DNA of 63,876 nucleotides, filler included, from Choristocarpus tenellus KU-1152 (lineage: Eukaryota; Protista; Phaeophyceae), in the NCBI GenBank assembly GCA_964200185.2. It is 12 parts of 12 records of this genome, joined end to end, with 100 filler letters (N's around TTAATTAATTAA, not from the genome) between each part and the next. Parts side by side here need not be neighbours in the genome. Positions count along the whole stretch, not along the records: positions 37,583 to 42,551 come from CAXNAD020012333.1; positions 42,652 to 47,299 come from CAXNAD020013645.1; positions 47,400 to 50,104 come from CAXNAD020025470.1; positions 50,205 to 54,669 come from CAXNAD020014420.1; 8 more parts are not named here. One strand, 5' to 3'. Positions 40,441 to 53,497 of the stretch are shown here, piece by piece. Position numbers and translations under genes: made by a program. Below the pieces are notes generated by a model, which was not told the DNA's origin, searched no databases, and saw only the letters and a list, made by a program, of their open reading frames with translations. The stretch's first letter is position 1; every line of letters begins with the position of its first letter.

Positions 40441-41577
40441 GTTTCAGGCGAATAGCGCAAGCATTTCTTTCTGCATGCCAAAATGCGCGAACAGTATACA
40501 TACGTAAGAATTCATGCAAGAGGAAGTTTGAATTGATAGAAGATGCAGAGTAAAATTAGAAATATACACAATCTCACAGAATAGATGTCAATTCTTGAAA
40601 GTTGCAGAATAAAGATTTATGATTAAGCATCTACATAGCAGTTTGCAGACTTCATTTAACTCTTAGGCTGTAGAAAAATGGTGGATGAAAGTTAATAGAA
40701 GGCTGAAGGCTCACCACAACCTTCAGTTCTTTTGATGTACCTCTTTTGATGAAGCGAAGAGCGAGACATAGACTGAGCTAAGCATCAAGCTGACACGCAC
40801 ATGGTTCTCATCTGTGGACCCCCCTCGTAGCGTCGTTTTAAGGTCGTTGGATTTGAGTTGCATATCCTGTGGAGGTGAGTTCTGAGAGGGGCCTATAACA
40901 TAATGGGGATTGGGTGCAGGTGTTCGACTAGGCTCTTCCAACGATGTCAGAGAAGTCTGGTAAAATATATATGTAGTCAGAATACATTTTTTTAGTTGCG
41001 GTATGGTCAGAACCTTTCTCACATATTTAAGGAAATGTGTAAAAAAATATGTCTGATTAAAGGAGGTACTACACATGCCCTACCAACAACATTTTGGCAA
41101 CATCCCTGTGCTTTGTCCCTCCTATCATTACATGAGGTGGGGAATAACATAAACGGCAGCCGGAGCAGGATGTCTCCCCATGTACTAGATAGATATTGAC
41201 TAAAAGGGGAGTTCAAGCCGGTTGGGGTATATGTTTTCTAGTTCAAAGGCATGGTATGGGAGTGAATAGAGGTGGGGAGTGTTTTGGATAATTGTGGAGT
41301 GTTCTTGGGTGAATGACGAGCATTGTGGAGGAATGTGGACTGACATGGATGGACATGGAGTGTTTTGGGAGGGAGGATTGATGTGGGAGTAGATAGTGGG
41401 AACTGACTGCATTGGTTTGTGAGTGGGTATGTGGAAATTGGCCGCAGAGTTTGGGTGGTAAAAAGGCGATGGTATGTTGATAGTAGTGTGGTGAGAAGTT
41501 GGTGGTGTGATGTTGGAGTGGTATCAAGTGAGTCGTGTGACGTCAGTTGATGAGGAGTGGAGTGGATGTGAGGTTAA

Positions 41578-41831
41578 GAGTCAAAGTATCTCAGAGAGTA
41601 GAGCCCCGTCCGTGTGGGGCCAAAATCCAATGTTGCGATTTTGATGTAATTTTGGATGTATTTTTTAGGAAGTGTCAATATCCTTGTTCCGAATACACAT
41701 TTTTATAACATACATATTTTACCTACTTCGAAACATTTCGGAATAAGAAAATGTCATTAAAAACCCGTGGGAAGCCAAGTCCCAAATGGACAAACAGGGA
41801 AAAATTCGTACCCTCCAAGATACTTCCAATC
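41578..41831 (-). mobile_element. MITE family A copy
   Basis: Both TIRs; 4-bp TSD ttaa/ttaa. Confidence 0.92.
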
Positions 41832-42651
41832 TTAAGAGTGGGTAATTTAATCGATGGAGAGTTCGCGGGCAAAACAAAATCATGGTATGTACCTCTGGTA
41901 CTTTGCAAAGACAGTTTATATGGAAATAAATTAGAGTAGAAAGTTCCTACTTTGAAAATTGTCCACTCCCAGCAGGGTGCCTCGCCCTGAGGCGCCCTTT
42001 TGCCTTTTGGCACTCAGCCTCACATGATTCAGAACCCATCTTCATCGTACATAAAAAAAGAAGCTGATATAAATTACTTACTTGCAATAATGCTTTCGAT
42101 TCACAACAATACGAGAAAGACATGTAAGCAAGTTAGGTAGATATGTAGATAGGGGGACCTAGACTAGAAACTACTTACTACTACTCAATAACCGGGATGA
42201 AAACGCCATCAACACAGCAGCAGCACTGGGGTCTGTGCGGAAAACCGAGAGGCTCAGGGTCACGCCTCCTGCCCATCCATCTGGAAGCACTGCTGGTGCG
42301 ACCAATTCATACCACCAAAACAAGGCGTAACAAAGTAGATCCAAGAAAGAGACTAATCCTCGACGATGCCAATATTCGCCAGGTAGTAGGAATGCTTTTC
42401 ACTAAGTATGCATATGCCCAGATTTGCTTGATCTACTGTTACAGGCGATATGTCTTGATGGCGGTTTCGTAAACACCATTATGACATTGAAGTCCTAGAT
42501 TTGATATATTTGTTTCAAAGTATCTTGGGGGGGGAGGGTGGTTTGTGAGGGNNNNNNNNNNNNNNNNNNNNNNNNNNNNNNNNNNNNNNNNNNNNTTAAT
42601 TAATTAANNNNNNNNNNNNNNNNNNNNNNNNNNNNNNNNNNNNNNNNNNNN

Positions 42652-42783
42652 ACGTACAACTCATGCATCACGGCATGTGGAAATGGGAATCAATGGGAGG
42701 CCGCACTTTCTCTGCTTGAGGAGATGAAGGCTAATGGTATTGTCCCCAATGTCATCACGTACAACTCATGCATCACGGCATGA
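42652..42783 (+). CDS. Pentatricopeptide repeat (PPR) protein, 3' end (5'-partial)
   Basis: TYNSCITACGNGNQWEAALSLLEEMKANGIVPNVI is a 35-aa PPR with a 105-bp period. The next unit has TGA at 42781 and decays to ~42860. Confidence 0.85.
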   Translation, partial: TYNSCITACGNGNQWEAALSLLEEMKANGIVPNVITYNSCITA

Positions 42784-43531
42784 GTCCATTGTAAGCAATG
42801 GGAGGCCGCACTTTCTCTGCTTGAGGAGATTTAAACTGATGGGGATTGTTCCCAGTGATACAATCTCTGATACGATGTATGGATCATAGGTTGTGACCAA
42901 AGGTATTTGTTTGTTGTGGCCCTGTCCTTTTTTTTATAAGATTAGAGCAATGGCTGTTGTTCCTGGTTTTCGCCCAAAAATTGTAATCATGACATTTTGC
43001 ATTGACGAGGATTATTGTGAGGCATAGGTATTCAGTCTGACTGGAGGAGATGGAGCGTGAGCATTTCTCCTTCTATTGCTGGAATCCACCTAGCATGCTA
43101 TATTAATGTAGAAACATGTCAATACATTTTGTTGAGACATTCCCTAGAGAAGGTTTGCTCTGAAGAATGCCAAATTGGATGTTGTTATGACCGCAGGTAG
43201 TTGCGTTTTGATACCTTTGTTGAAGTATTGGAATGAATACTGTGTTGGCCCCAAGTAAGGGATGAGTAGAGTATGTGTTTCTCAACAAATGGGGGTAATA
43301 TATGCTCTAGTGTACAACAATTGTTGCTGAAAGCTACAGTAACTTCCATGTTGTGTGCATGGTTGGAGTTACAATTTTTCTGAATGACTTTGATGATCGA
43401 GACTACTCAATAATCTATACTAAAATACTAATATCACATTGTATTCAGGGTCATAATACCTGGCCTCCTCAATCCATCTTGTCATGTACCATGAAAAACG
43501 ACACTGGCAAGCAGCACAAGAGGTACATGAT

Positions 43532-43786
43532 GAGTGAAAGTATCTTAGAGGGTACGAGTTTTGCCCTGTTTGTTCATTGGGGGCTTGGCTTCCCTCGGGG
43601 TTTTATTACATTTTCCTTCTCCAAAAAAAATTCGGTGTAGGTAAAACGTGTACGTTACAAAAAGGTGTCTGGAACAAGGATATTGACGCTTCCTAGCAAA
43701 CACGATAGCCAAAATTACATCGAAATCAAAACATTGGATTATGGCCCCCAAATGGACAGGGCTCTACCCTCTAAGATGCTTTGGCG
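43532..43786 (+). mobile_element. MITE family A copy
   Basis: Both TIRs; 4-bp TSD tgat/tgat. Confidence 0.92.
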
Positions 43787-46049
43787 TGATGATTATGTTG
43801 TAAGGAGGTGGAGAGTGATGACGTTTGGCATGGAGAGAGTTGTGTGGAACATGATGTTTATATTTGACTCCTGTTGTGCATGTTTCTTGAACAATGATGA
43901 GATATTCACAGCGCTCAACACCCCTGTCCCATACAGGAGTGATTTCTGTAGGACTTGAGGGCAAATACATGGATATTGTTGTGGGGTTGGGGTAATTGAC
44001 ACTATGAGGGTATGTTTTCGCCATAGAAACATAGACAGCTCTCTTTGATATTTAGATATATTTCAGGATCCTCACCCTGTGACCATTGTCCCATGCCCTA
44101 CTTAAGTCTAGTTGGAGTGTGAATGTACAGACACGTCAACACCTACTGTGTACAAACTCGTAGTGTATGTACCCATTTCGGATATTGTTCACTCTATATG
44201 TTATTGTTGTTATCCATGGATCAGTATTCTCCACCAGGCATACAACTCCAGACGTTATCGCCGTTGAAACCTGAGTTTGTACACGTTATGCATTGTTGTG
44301 ATGCGCCTAGTTTGTGACGAAGGGTCTGGCAGTGCAACAAAGCACTGTTGAATTCGTTCTGGTAGGACTGACGACAGGTTCTACTCAGTCAGACAATGGT
44401 TGATGTGAAGGTGTGTTTTGGTTGTGCTGTGGTTAGCACATTTAGGGAAAGATATGTGGCATAGTGCAAGAAGACCCCTGCGAATTTGTTCTGGTACGTC
44501 TGATGGCATGTTTTAATCAATCAGGCTATGGTTGATGTGAAATTTGTTCTGGTACCAGTGATGGCATATTTTACACAACCACACTGTGGTTAAGAAATGT
44601 GTGACCATTCTTTGAGACGCTCAAATGAAGAAATGCATGCTCTGGGAAGAGGCTTGTCACCCTAGCTGAGAAGGGGTTCGAAGGACTTTTTTTTCTTTGG
44701 TTATATTACATCCTGGTGTGTGCCTGGTACACGTATTGCAGAGTGAACATGATGAATTAAGAGGAGGGTGCCAGTCAAGAAAAATGAAGATCAACATATG
44801 ATATCCAACTGACAACTTTTTGTGTGAAGAAGAATAGTTTAAAACCTGAATCAAATGCATCCTACTTCTGAGTAAAATGCGTAGGCTGCGTTGCAAGGAG
44901 AAATCAGAGTGCTGCAAGCACTGATGTATTTATTCTGATATAACTGAGGTCATTGATCGCTCAGTCAAGAATCATGTGATGTGAGTTCAGTGTTCTTTCT
45001 TGAGGTACTCAACAAAAGAAGTCCATGCTCTGTGGAGAGGCTTGTTACCTTGGCAGACAAGGGTTCCGAGGATGGTTTAACTCTGAATATATATCATCCA
45101 GACGTGCATCAGATACAATTGTTGCAGGGTGAGCTTGGTGTGACCCTAACCTTAACCCTAACCCTTGGTGCATTATGAGGGGTTAATGACAACCAAGAAA
45201 GAAATAATAATCAACAATTAACATACAACTGTCATCTTCTGCTGCTAAGAAGAAGAAAGAGAGAGAAAACAATAAAGGGCAAACAACAGAACAACAGACC
45301 AAGCTTGAATCAATATGTGATGCAAGCCAAGTGACGCATACTATTCCTCTATGTGAGATGCGGAGTAACTGTTCTGTACTACGGTGTTCTGACAGAAATT
45401 GATGTGGTGATGTTGAACTAGTAATAGTAACGACAAGTGCGTAACGGACTAATCAACAGTCAGTATTGAGTGGTGGTACTGTACCGTGGTACTGTACCAT
45501 ATCAAGAAAAACAAATGAGTAATCCATGTTTTAACAAAATAAAGGGGAAAACAAAGAAGAAACAAGGAAAGCAACTTGAACAAATGTCTGAAACAACTGA
45601 TGTGACACACAGTATGGTTGTATGTGTGTGTGATAGGAAGCGACTGTTCTTGTGCTTCCTATCTACTGTGGTGTTGTAAAGGTGATTGATGGTGTTGTGA
45701 TGAAGAGCTAATGAGGTAAGCTCTAAGTGAGAATAGCGACCACTACAATGGGCAAAACAACATTCAGTATGGACTGACGATACTGTATCATATCAAAACA
45801 AATCAAATGAATAGCCTATGTTTTAACAGCCACTTACATGGAACATAGTTGTTGACATAGATATGAGATTTGGTTGCTCTCTTTTTACAGATATGATAAC
45901 CATCTATGACTTCTGTCATTACATTGAGACCACAGGACAAACTCCAAGCTTGCTCCCACAAGTTCATTCTGCTTTGAATGTACACGACTAACACTTCAGG
46001 ATGATCGATATTCAGAGTTTAAACATCCTCAAGGTCCATAGTATCCAAG

Positions 46050-46600
46050 AGAAGGGGGGGGGGTTAACTCAGGCTGTCCATTCAGGGCTTGATGGGGTAT
46101 TGTAAGAACACCCCAGTTCGATGCCCGTTTTGTGAGTGAAGTTCCTTTGGATTTGGTCTAGTCAGGGGGGTGGAAAAGGAAGGTACGTTCAGATGAAAGA
46201 AATCGCCCTTACATCTCACACGTTCACTCAAATGACATGAAAATCACTACAGGGTCACAAGGGCCACTAATGGGCGCCTGATTCCCCCTCTGGGGTACTG
46301 TGGACCTTAACCTTTCTTCTCACAAGGCACCAAGCCTCTTCTCAAAGCGCCATATTTGGTTCACCACATCAGTAGAGATTCATGCTTCATGGTATTCAAT
46401 CAATCAAGCCCCTTCATGGAGTATGTCCCCCGATTTGTCATACTGGAATAGGTCAGTGCTTCAGCACTATGATAAGGAATGTGTAGAATCCCAAGTTTTG
46501 ATGGACATGTAGATTACTTCCCTCTCATTAATGTTGTAGTAGGTAGAAGTTGGAATGAGAAACACCATCCAAGTGAAGGAGGGGGGTGATACACCTTTCA
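46050..46600 (-). mobile_element. Very degenerate Ty3/gypsy protease-RT junction remnant
   Basis: GLD(W)L..HE-like protease end (~46400) followed by a broken GxIxPSxSP-like RT start (~46270). Confidence 0.35.
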
Positions 46601-46683
46601 CTCATCTCTGATCACAAATAACTCATACTCAATCTGTGTCACTTGCTACAACATCCTTTTCTAGGATTATTCTTTGTTGAACT

Positions 46684-46922
46684 GAGCCAAAGTATCTTAG
46701 AGGGTAGAGCTGCGTCCATTTGGGGTCAAAATCCAATGTTACGATTTTGATGTAGTGTCGGCTATTGTATTTGTCAGGAAGTGTCAATATCTGTGTTTCG
46801 GACACACATTTTCATAACATAAACATTTTGGAGTAGGAAAATGTCATAAAAATACCCATGGGAAACCAAGCTCCAAATGGACAAACATAGCAAAATTTGT
46901 ACCCTCTAAGATACTTTCACTC
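46684..46922 (-). mobile_element. MITE family A copy
   Basis: Both TIRs; 3-bp TSD act/act; short internal deletion. Confidence 0.92.
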
Positions 46923-47079
46923 ACTATACTGACCCAAATAATATTCTTGTAGTCGCCTCAAAAAAACATTACGATCAATTTCCCGTTATCCAACAATACT
47001 CCAACAACTCATTGTTTCTCCTAATAAGTATTTTCCCACATGAATATAAAGCGTATCTTGACACACTAGGACAACCTTC

Positions 47080-47260
47080 AACCCAAAGCATTTGGAAGGG
47101 GGGGGGGGTTCTACACCAAGGTGTCCATTTGACCCAAAATCAGGAAAAGTGCATTTACATTATGTATCCGATGTATGCAACCAAATCACCGAAAAATCAT
47201 AACATGAAAAAACTGACCCAAATGGACAGCCGCCACCCCCCCCCCCCCCCCCCCCCCACC
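47080..47260 (+). mobile_element. MITE family B copy
   Basis: aacccaaagcatttggaagggg...gtccatttgacccaaaatc...gacccaaatggacagccgccacccc. Confidence 0.7.
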
Positions 47261-47399
47261 CACCCTCCTGCACACCATATACCACAAAGCCAGCGCCTAN
47301 NNNNNNNNNNNNNNNNNNNNNNNNNNNNNNNNNNNNNNNNNNNTTAATTAATTAANNNNNNNNNNNNNNNNNNNNNNNNNNNNNNNNNNNNNNNNNNNN

Positions 47400-50104
47400 A
47401 CTAACAGTACTTGGTACCTGATCTGAAATAGAGGTTAAGTGACCTATCACAAGATGCTTCCTGATACGTACTTTCCGTGTTGTTGGATTTGCCATTTGAA
47501 CCAATACTGATCTATTACTTGCTGACCAAGTACTGAGAGTGCGAGCAGCTACAATACGATTCCATGGATGTGTAGGTTCAGTGGTTTGATCTACAGCAGG
47601 CATGGAGTGTATGACTGGCTCCACTACTACGGCAATATCCAATGACGGACTAGTATCAGTTGTGCAACGTACGATGATTTTATGACCCGGTGGTATGTTA
47701 CACTGTTTATGTACACGAACAGGTATAGGGTCAAAATCATGTTGCACACTCACCACAGAACACGAAGGAGTAGCACTTGTATCACGTACTTGAGTGGGGC
47801 TCCTTGTCATGTGATGTCTTGCTGGAATGGTACACGAACTGTTGTGGAATGAAAGACATTGTTCTTGCCAATCAAGGATTGCACCGAATGCCTGCAAAAC
47901 ACTAGTATCAAGCAGAATTTTATCGAGACCAAGTTGGGGAATCACTAAAGCTTCAACTGGCAATGTGGTGTCACCAAGTGTAAGTGCAAAACGAATAACT
48001 CCACGAATATGCAAAGGTGAACCATTTGCTGCACGTAGATTTATTGCACCAAGTGGGACAGGATGCACATCAAAACATTTCAGTTGAGGGTGATTGCGAA
48101 CAAATATTTCAGAAATACATGGTACATCACTGGCTATGTCAATAGTCAAGTCATTTTCCTCTTGTTCTTCAACGGTGCCAGATATACACACTCTTTGTGA
48201 TGAAAACGACAAAGGTTTGGGCATGGCTGGATATCTGCACAAAGAACTGTTGAACCAAGTTTCATTATTATTACACGAGTTTGGTTGAACTAATGGCAAA
48301 GAAAAATGCTTAGTGTCACACGTGCAGGCAATAAACGATGCCTGCGGGGCAAGAGGTGTGACTGGTGTCAACCTCTGACGCTTGCCACACCCTACGATGG
48401 TGTCAACAACAACACCATGGCTGTTCCCAAGTGGACAGGAGTCAAATCCACCTGGTCACCATTAGGGACGCGGACCATAATGGCCAGGTGTTGACTCACT
48501 GTCCTCACGAACACGAACACGACTCCCACGACCCCTGCCTCTACGACGCAAGTATGGCAAACAAGCACCCCGCGGATTGTCCAGGCACGACTGGGTTGTG
48601 TTACCCTCAAGAGCCACTGCCTGGCAACCCCGGTACTGGCACACACTATTTTGCTGATCCATGGTGTACGTCGAGTTGGACGGTGAGGCCGTATAGGGCG
48701 GCGTGTCTTGTGGTCGCGTTGGTCCGTCAGTGTACCGGCTGTGGGAGGTGGACTCGTCAACGACCGAGCTGGGACCGTGTTGAGGGTTGCCTCCCCTGCT
48801 CGGTGACGTCCCACCTCCGTACGAAGCCGTTGGCACTCTCGTTGCACTTGTTCGAGTTCGCTACGGGGAACCCGTCCACGACGAAAATTGTGGGTCACAG
48901 CGCTTGTGTAAGTTGTCATTGGGTTGGGGTTATTGCCAGAAAAACGGTTAGCTTCATGTCGTTTGGCCCGGTCACGAGCTTGAGCGAACGAGGTGCCGGG
49001 TTCATCCCGAATCTGTTCAAGACGAATCGCGAGGAGTAAGCCATCTTCCATCAGTGTTATCTTCAGTTGCTCGACAAGCAAAGCTTTCGTGTCAACTGCT
49101 TCTGAGGACGACGTTCTGCGATGAACATCATCTAGAAATCGATTCATGGCTGTGGTGCAACGTAAAGTATATTGGTCCACCGACTCATTCTCCCCCTGTT
49201 CCAAAGACGTTAGTCGACAGGCTGATACACTTACAGCATGGGCGGGAGTAAACGCACTGATCAGGGCTTTCTGGACATCATCCCAAGTCTTTGGGGGTGT
49301 AATGGGGACGGGAGTGTCAAGAGACGATTGCAAACGAGCCAAATCACTTGTTGAGCGCCACTCTACTGTGCCCGCCAACGCCTGGAAGTAAAAAGTTTCA
49401 GCTGGTCCTTGAAGAATTCTCGGTAAACATTCTACACATCGAGCATTAATTGTCTCAGGGGATGCGGGACCATACTGAATAGAGTGCAAGGAAATCGCCA
49501 TATGCCATTTGGAAAACAAGAGTGGCAAATTTTACCCTCCAGAACCTGAATGACAAGACCAGATGGTATTTCCGAAGCGGAAAACCTGAAACGACTCGCT
49601 TCTGACATTGATGGCGGACGTGCAGCGTCACTACTCTGTGGAAGGGGTCTTACTTGATCGGAGTCCATTCCCCGAGCTTGCAGCTTCATCAAATCCTGAA
49701 GCCATCCAGGAGGCACAGTGTTCGTTCTGGCACACTCGTTAACATGATGCACGATGAGCGATGGTACCGCATCCCCGAACTGTGCCTGTGAAATGGCCAC
49801 CTCACAAGTAGTCGAACTTGGGGGTGGGACTGGTTCTTCCTGGAATAGGACCCGACGAGTGTCACGGTCGCCCGAGCTAACATGATGCTCTAGGGTTGAC
49901 GACACGGGTCTGACATTCGCCTGTCGATCTGTGAAAGGGGAAGAGGCGGATCCACGTCTTCGTTCGGCATCTTTCGTCCGCGGTCAAACAGAAATGCCCC
50001 GTCCCTATTTCTGAGGACACCAGTGTCGCCAATGTAAATGGTGTGATTCTGTGGCGGCGTGGTTCACTCAGGCAAGGGTGGTGAAGAGAATCACCGGGCC
50101 AGAC
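47400..50104 (-). mobile_element. Ty3/gypsy LTR retrotransposon, 5' part (LTR end, PBS, gag, protease), frameshifted
   Basis: Putative LTR end ...ttaCA at 50033 then TGG-initiated PBS candidates (50031 or 50022). Gag LEQGENESVDQYTLRC, knuckle CQYRGC...GNTTQSC, protease IDIASDVPCIS...LGLDKILLDTSVLQAFGAILDW. Gag is split over three frames. Confidence 0.85.
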
Positions 50105-50321
50105 NNNNNNNNNNNNNNNNNNNNNNNNNNNNNNNNNNNNNNNNNNNNTTAATTAATTAANNNNNNNNNNNNNNNNNNNNNNNNNNNNNNNNNNNNNNNN
50201 NNNNCCGGGGCACAGGAGTAGGTAGATGGGAAGCACAGGAAGACAGTAGTACAATATTGATAGTGGCGAAGTAACAGATTATTGGTTTCCACACTTACAG
50301 TGTTTTATTTTTTTCTATTTT

Positions 50322-50452
50322 TTATTATTTTGCCCTCTGACATATGTATTATTTTTATTATGTATTATTTTTATTATGTATTATTTTTATTATGTATAGT
50401 TTTCATTTGTTTTAACCCTGACACATCTGCAAAATGTCAGAGGGAATAATAA
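50322..50452. repeat. Small foldback: inverted repeats around a 16-bp x3 minisatellite
   Basis: ttattattttgccctctgacat ... atgtcagagggaataataa enclosing (tatgtattatttttat)3. Confidence 0.6.
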
Positions 50453-50742
50453 TATATATCTCCAATCATCCGTCCAATCAGTCATCAGATGGTTTATGAG
50501 TCATCGATGAGTCGTACTTCATGTACTATTGGAAGTAATAAGTAGCGGTATGAAGACTTAATTGAAAAATGAAGAATATCTTTAAGACATATACCGTGAC
50601 AAACTCTAGATTAGGGTCAAACTACAAGTTATCATTCTCTGTCAGATTATGTATGTGTGTATCGATAGTGTAGGTGACTCAACTGATTCCTCAGTAAGTC
50701 AAACTCCAACCTACAGAGTACAAAGCCTGGTTGGCAATTTCG

Positions 50743-53497
50743 ATGGCAGTTGGTTGCGGTTGTAGAAGGGGGCGCGTGAATCAAGGAAGGTCATACCATC
50801 CCCAACACTGCCTATACCAGTCGTCCTTCTCTCCTTTGTTGCAGCTCATGCCATCAACTAGTTTTTCCTCTGTGTATTCAAGCACGAATACCCCGCCATC
50901 CTTTCTGCAGTCCAATGATTGCCCTGGGTGCAGAGCGAAGTGGCGAGACGGGGACAAACAATCGCAGGCGACAACACGACGACGACAGCCGCGCAATCAG
51001 GGGCGAGCAGGGCTCATGTCGCTCCTTTTTGCAGCAGGTGGGGTCTCGTCTGAAGTCACTGCTTCAGGAAAGGTAGATAGCCCTATGCAAACCAGATTGC
51101 GCCGCTGTGGAGCTTTTGTGACGGGTCAGCAACCGTTACGACCGTCCTCGGGGTTGGAAGAGAGAGGAGTTAATGGTGGGCAGCGTTCAGTTGGGTTGGG
51201 TAGGGTGAGTGCAGCCAGACTAGCATCAAATTCGCCGCGAACAATTGGGACGGGTCGTTATGTTGTGGCAGACTTCCCTTCAGATGAGGATCAAGGATCT
51301 TGGAGGCCAAGTCGGGAGGGGCAGGGATCGTGGAATAAAGGGGAAGACAAGAAAAGGTCGAAGGGCAAGGAGAAGAGCAAACCTACCTGGCGTGTGGAGC
51401 TGGCTCGTGGGTTGTGTACAGCAGATGTCGAGATCTCTCAGGTGGGTGGGTAGTGAAGTGATAGTGTTGTGGTGTTGTGTGCAGTTCGATACCTCAACAC
51501 TGCCTCATAGTCGTCGCTGGAATTAAGGTTTGCACCTTCTCAGATATTTACAAGTGTACAGAGCCTGTTGTAGATGCCTTACGATGAGTGTGGTGCTTCG
51601 TGAGGTCATCTCGTTGTATGTATGAATCTTGACTGGCACAAAATTGATGTGTACCGTTGTGAAGGTCATCCTCTCTGTCTAAGTGGCCTCATCGTAATCC
51701 GTAATGCACGAACACCTCAAGAGACGGAGAGGGTATTGTCGCACTTGGTTGAAGGACAATACAATAGACCTCTTGGCCTTGCTGCCTACCGCCCACATTA
51801 AGGTTTTCCTTTACCTTGCCCCTCTGCCTCTTGTACCCCTTCTCACCTCCCATTGTGCACCTTGTGCTTTCCGTGCTCGTTCAGCCGTTGGGCCTGGACT
51901 TGGTTGATGGTCCCAACAATGTTGTACTTGTATCTACAGTGCACCGTGGTGGAAGTGCCGACCAAATGGGAATCAGGTGAGTAGATCGAATCTCACTTGG
52001 TCTGTTTCATCTCAGCCCTGAGGGTGGAGGATGCTGAAGCTTGATTGGTTACAAGATCAACTCCCTTTGCCTGCTTAGTGGATGCAGATTTGCTGTGATA
52101 GTGGAGTGATGGGGTGTGCATTATTGTGAAGAGGACATAAAAGCTCCAACCCCTGACAGGGAAACCGACTTTGAAGCACGCTCAAATTTCACCAAATAAG
52201 AAATATGCAAGTATCAATATCATTTATTGTGTAAGTTCCAGGTCGTGGGCAGTACTTTGAGAGAGAACTACGGCGGTAGGGAATATGTTCAATCCAAGGA
52301 TGTTGCATATTGAGAAGTATGACTGGCGAGGTCGGGACAATTGGGAACGTAGATGGAGAGATGGACAATGAAGACACCTGAAGTTTGACTGGATATGAAA
52401 TATTCTCTTCTCTGTCACACATGATTGTCGTTGGAATTGGAAAACTGATTATTGGGGTGAAGGGCACCTCTAGTTAGAGCTCTCAATGTTCAGAGAGAGT
52501 TGTTGTCTACTGCACTGTATCTCGAGGCAGGAATCAATATTTCTACTCCGCTTTTTTTTAGTTGAAACACCGAAGTTTGACGATTGCTTGATCATCATAT
52601 CTGGAGAAAAAAAGAACTATGTAGAATTTTGAAAATGGAAAATCCAACTTTTCAAGACATTTTCATGAACTCTGAAAAGTGATCTAAATCCTCTCTTCTT
52701 GGTAACCATGAAATCTGTCAAATGCACATTCGTGTGTGTTTAATTTCCCCAACTGTCAAGTGTAAACCGAAGGCTCCGCTCTTTTTTATTTTTATGGAGA
52801 GTTTTTCTAGTTTTTTTTATGCAGTTAGAATAGGGAGTGGACTGTTGTTACCACTTTTCCTTCTCAGGCGTGCCAGCTTGTAAAGCCCATACTGTATATT
52901 CTTCATGGGAATTCACTTTGGGAAAATATTCCATCACCCATACAGCCACTATCAAATTCAAGGTCATTGCCCTTGGCCTCAAGTTACCCCAACCCACCCC
53001 AACCCAGCCCTAAATCACAACTCCTGTGCAAGAGTCTTAGCCCTGTTTCCCGATTGTATTTCTTTCCATACACACCACTGTGCACCCTAATACATGCAGA
53101 TGATGTGTGTGTGTGTTGAAGATTCATATCTATCGTGACATATGGCTGGTTGGTGAAAGTACTACAAGTACTAAGGAGAGACTTGAGCATCACCTTGATT
53201 GGTTGTGACCTTCCCACCCTCTGATTGTTACAACCTCCTTACCCTACTCCTCTGACTTTTCTTTTTTTTTCCTGTGTCTGTTCATACGATCATGATTATA
53301 TCCCTGGGGGTGAAATGGATGTTTATTAGGGCTGGAGATAGGGTGGTGGCATCAAGCGCAACATTGGGAAAGGGATTGTGGGAGAAGAAATCCGTGGATG
53401 GGGTGCTCTCTGCTGTGAGGACGAGATTATTGTTCTCAGATTCAGTGACCCTTCGATTGGAACGTGAGCTGGGACCGGAGCAGACTGCCAATGCGAG
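50743..53497 (+). CDS. PDZ-domain protein (3'-partial, spliced; possibly plastid-targeted)
   Basis: Exons ~50743-51441 (...TADVEISQ|gtgggt), 51885-51976 (PLGLDLVDGPNNVVLVSTVHRGGSADQMGIR|gtgagt) and 53330-53497 (AGDRVVASSATLG...VTLRLER) join in phase into a PDZ fold. Start codon uncertain. Confidence 0.82.

Noticed and set aside
41020-41530. Possible Penelope-like RT remnant (IYPNRLEL, NDRRD)
   Set aside because: The motifs are too short and degenerate to support a call.
36880-42385. Isolated candidate exons at ~36935-37020 (-) and ~42290-42382 (+); also 7645-7756 (+)
   Set aside because: They have no recognisable domain or partner exons.
16-43958. Recurring short ORFs (MGVKIQCCDFD..., ...SESILEGTSFAL...) as a peptide family
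   Set aside because: These are chance translations of MITE family A; frames and stops are not conserved between copies.
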